Part shown: piece after piece, positions 59,921 to 64,000 of the stretch
Numbering within the stretch: position 1 is the stretch's first letter
Layout: the number at the start of each line of letters is the position of its first letter
The notes under the pieces: generated by a model
Databases searched by the model: none
Told to the model about the DNA's origin: nothing
The model's input: the letters and a program-made list of their open reading frames with translations, nothing else
Assembly: GCA_014905635.1 (NCBI GenBank)
Contig: JABVCE010000016.1
Span: forward strand, 744,001 to 808,000
Direction: 5' to 3'
Source of the DNA: Scenedesmus sp. PABB004
Lineage: Eukaryota
DNA length: 64,000 bases
Translations under genes and position numbers: made by a program

Positions 59921-61453
59921 TCAGCCGTCTGCCGCCGCCAGGGCGATGAGGTTGAAGTTCAGGGAGTTGGTCCTGCTCGGCGCCGGGGCCAGGGCGGCGG
60001 CGGCGCGGCGGCGTGAGCTATGCTCACACACGGGCCTGCCTTGCGGCCCACGCCGCCGCCGCCGCACCGCGCCATAAACTCCTTGGCCACGCGCGCCACG
60101 TCCGTCAGCAGCCGCTCGCGCGAGGTGGGCCCGTGCGCGATAGGCCCCGCGCGCCGGCCGTCCAGCTCCCACAGCGTGCCTGCCGCGCGGCGCGGCGCGG
60201 GCGCGCGCCGTCGGCCGCAGCCGGCGCGCCAGCGCCGCCTGCGCTGCCGCACACGCCGCGCGCCGCGTGCCACACGCCGCGTGCGCCGCACCGTCGTGCT
60301 CCACAAAGGCAATGAAGTGGAGGTCAACCTCCTGCTCCGGCGGCGGCGCCGCGGTCGCGCCCGCCTCGCCCGCAGCCTGCGGCGGCGCGCGGCGCGTGCG
60401 CGCGCGTGTGCGCGCTGCACGCCCGCCAGCGCCCGCCGGCGGCTCGCAGCGAGCCGCTCGCTGCGCGCGTGCGCGTGCGCGTGCGCGCGTGCGCGTGGGC
60501 ACCTGGTGCGCCGCCTCGATGTCTGGCGCGTCGCCCGGCGGGTGCTCCAGGTACGCGCCGCGCGCCGCCGCGTCCATGCCGGCCGTCGCGGCGAAGAAGC
60601 GCTCCAGGAAGGACCCCGGCGCTGCGCGCAGTGCGGTGTGGCGGCGGGCTCGCGGTGCGGGGCGCCCGCGTCGCCGTGGCGGCGCTGCGCCGGGGGGCCG
60701 CGCCGCGCGCCCGCCGCGCACGCGCGCACCCAGCTCGAGGTGCTGCTGGGCGTTGCCGAGGGCGTGCAGCATCGCGATGGTGCCGCAGGCGTTGCCGATG
60801 GTCTGCCTCATGTAGTACAGCGACGCCGGCGCCGCGCCGGGGGGCCGCGCCGCGTCCGCTGCGCGCGGCGGTTGCGGCGGTTCCGGCGGTTGCAGCGGTT
60901 GCACGGCCGCCTCGCGGGAGGAGCGGCGGCGGCGCGCGCCGCCACCGCTGCTCGCGCGGGTGGCGCCGCCGCCAGGGGGCGCGCGCACCCTGCTTGTCGG
61001 CCGCCTCGCTCGCCTCGGTGATCGGGAACAGCAGCAGCACCGCCAGCACCGGCTGCGGCACCATCGCCAGCAGCTGCGCCCGCGCGCCACGCCAGCAGGA
61101 GCGGCGGCGGTGGCGGCGGCGGCGGCGGCGTGGGCGGCGCGGCAGCGGCAAGGCGCGGAGGCGCCGCGCGGCGCGTGCCCGCGCGGGGCGTGCAGCGGCG
61201 CGGCCGCTGCCGCCGCGCCTCGTCGTCGAGGCCGAACACGTCGTGGAAGGCCCAGCGCTCCGCGTCGAGCCCCAGGCGGCCCGCGAAGTCGGTGATGACC
61301 TCGGGGTTGGACTCGAGCGGGATCCACCTCTGCGCGCGCGCGCGCCGCGTGGGCGCAGCGCGCGGCGAGCAAGCAGCGGCGCGCGCGCCGGCGCCGGCGC
61401 CGGCGCCAGCAGCGGCGCGGCATCCGCAGCGCCGGCGGGGGCACCTTGGGCAT
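59921..61453 (-). CDS. Ubiquitin C-terminal hydrolase, peptidase C12 (UCH-L3-like), 8 exons
   Basis: RWIPLESNPEV, DVFGLDDE|LLAMVPQPVLAVLLLFP, QTIGNACGTIAMLHA, LHFIAFV, LWELDGRRAGPI, FNLIAL. Confidence 0.96.
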   Translation of the reverse strand: MPKVPPPALRMPRRCWRRRRRRRARRCLLAARCAHAARARAEVDPARVQPRGHHRLRGPPGARRGALGLPRRVRPRRRGAAAAAAPLHAPRGHAPRGASAPCRCRAAHAAAAAATAAAPAGVARGRSCWRWCRSRCWRCCCCSRSPRRARRPTSRVRAPPGGGATRASSGGGARRRRSSREAAVQPLQPPEPPQPPRAADAARPPGAAPASLYYMRQTIGNACGTIAMLHALGNAQQHLELGARVRGGRAARPPGAAPPRRRGRPAPRARRHTALRAAPGSFLERFFAATAGMDAAARGAYLEHPPGDAPDIEAAHQVPTRTRARARARAQRAARCEPPAGAGGRAARTRARTRRAPPQAAGEAGATAAPPPEQEVDLHFIAFVEHDGAAHAACGTRRAACAAAQAALARRLRPTARARAAPRGRHAVGAGRPARGAYRARAHLARAAADGRGARGQGVYGAVRRRRRGPQGRPVCEHSSRRRAAAALAPAPSRTNSLNFNLIALAAADG

Positions 61454-61993
61454 GGCTGCGGGCGGCGCGGCGCCCCCGGCGGAGCGGTCGTGCGGCGGCG
61501 GCGATCGGCGGCGAGCGGCGCGGCGGGGCGAGCGGTGCCTGCTGGCCAGGGCAGCCTCGGTGCAGCGCCTGATGTGCGTCCATCAGCGTCCCGGGATGCG
61601 CTAATGCATGACGCCGGCCGTCGCTTCTGCTGCCGCACCTTTACCAACCCGGTGGTTTCCCTGCGCACTCTCCCCCAGCACGCCGCTGAGCCTGTTCTGG
61701 ATTGCTCCCAGCAGCTGGCGAGGGCGCCCGGTCTGCGCACGCGGACCTCGCTGCGCGCCCGGGCGCGGCAGCAGCGGAGGCGGCTCGGGAGGGCGCGGTG
61801 AGGGCCGCGGACGGCGCGGGTGACGCGTGGGCATTGCCGCCAGGCGGCGCCGGCGCACCCGGCGGCGGCGGCGCAGCGGCGGCGGCCGCGCGCTGCTGCC
61901 GCGCCGCGGCGGCGGCCAGCGCGGCCAGCGGGCACTGTCAGCGGCTGGCCCTGCTGAGCTGAGCTCCCCGCCCGCCGCGCAGGAGCAGCGGCG

Positions 61994-64000
<2,007 letters not shown>

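Noticed and set aside
54935..61453. ECH2, MMAB and neighbours as a metabolic gene cluster
   Set aside because: Different compartments and pathways interleaved with unrelated genes; nothing beyond adjacency supports clustering.

Overview
A gene-dense, intron-rich eukaryotic nuclear region with extremely high GC (roughly 80% by eye, not computed). TGTAA poly(A) signals, a flagellar radial-spoke NDK and the intron style point to a chlorophycean green alga, possibly Sphaeropleales (inference). Most long ORFs in the supplied track are artefacts of high GC; real genes emerge only after manual splicing. I reconstruct 28 genes: LRR-like protein (partial), TEY MAPK, R2R3-MYB, chalcone-isomerase-fold protein, xylose isomerase, tRNA pseudouridine synthase, POLD4, an orphan, NDK5/RSP23, M3 peptidase, LSM8, two glycine-zipper proteins, RPL32, UVSSA, PP2A B', organellar L7/L12, ERG28, TFIIF-alpha, a secreted LysM-LRR protein, a PLP aminotransferase, VPS15, DnaJ, enoyl-CoA hydratase 2, a 68-aa hydrophobic peptide, MMAB, UCH-L3 and alanine aminotransferase (partial). 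Most notable: (1) a head-to-head pair of small glycine-zipper genes with a 17-bp AP-1/GCN4-type palindrome almost exactly midway; (2) a DysF-like domain inserted in VPS15; (3) a secreted LysM + Pro-rich + LRR protein; (4) about 22 GC-AG introns, all AG|GC; (5) several apparent 1-nt losses in G/C runs, probably sequencing errors. No rRNA, tRNA, CRISPR array or transposon was recognised.
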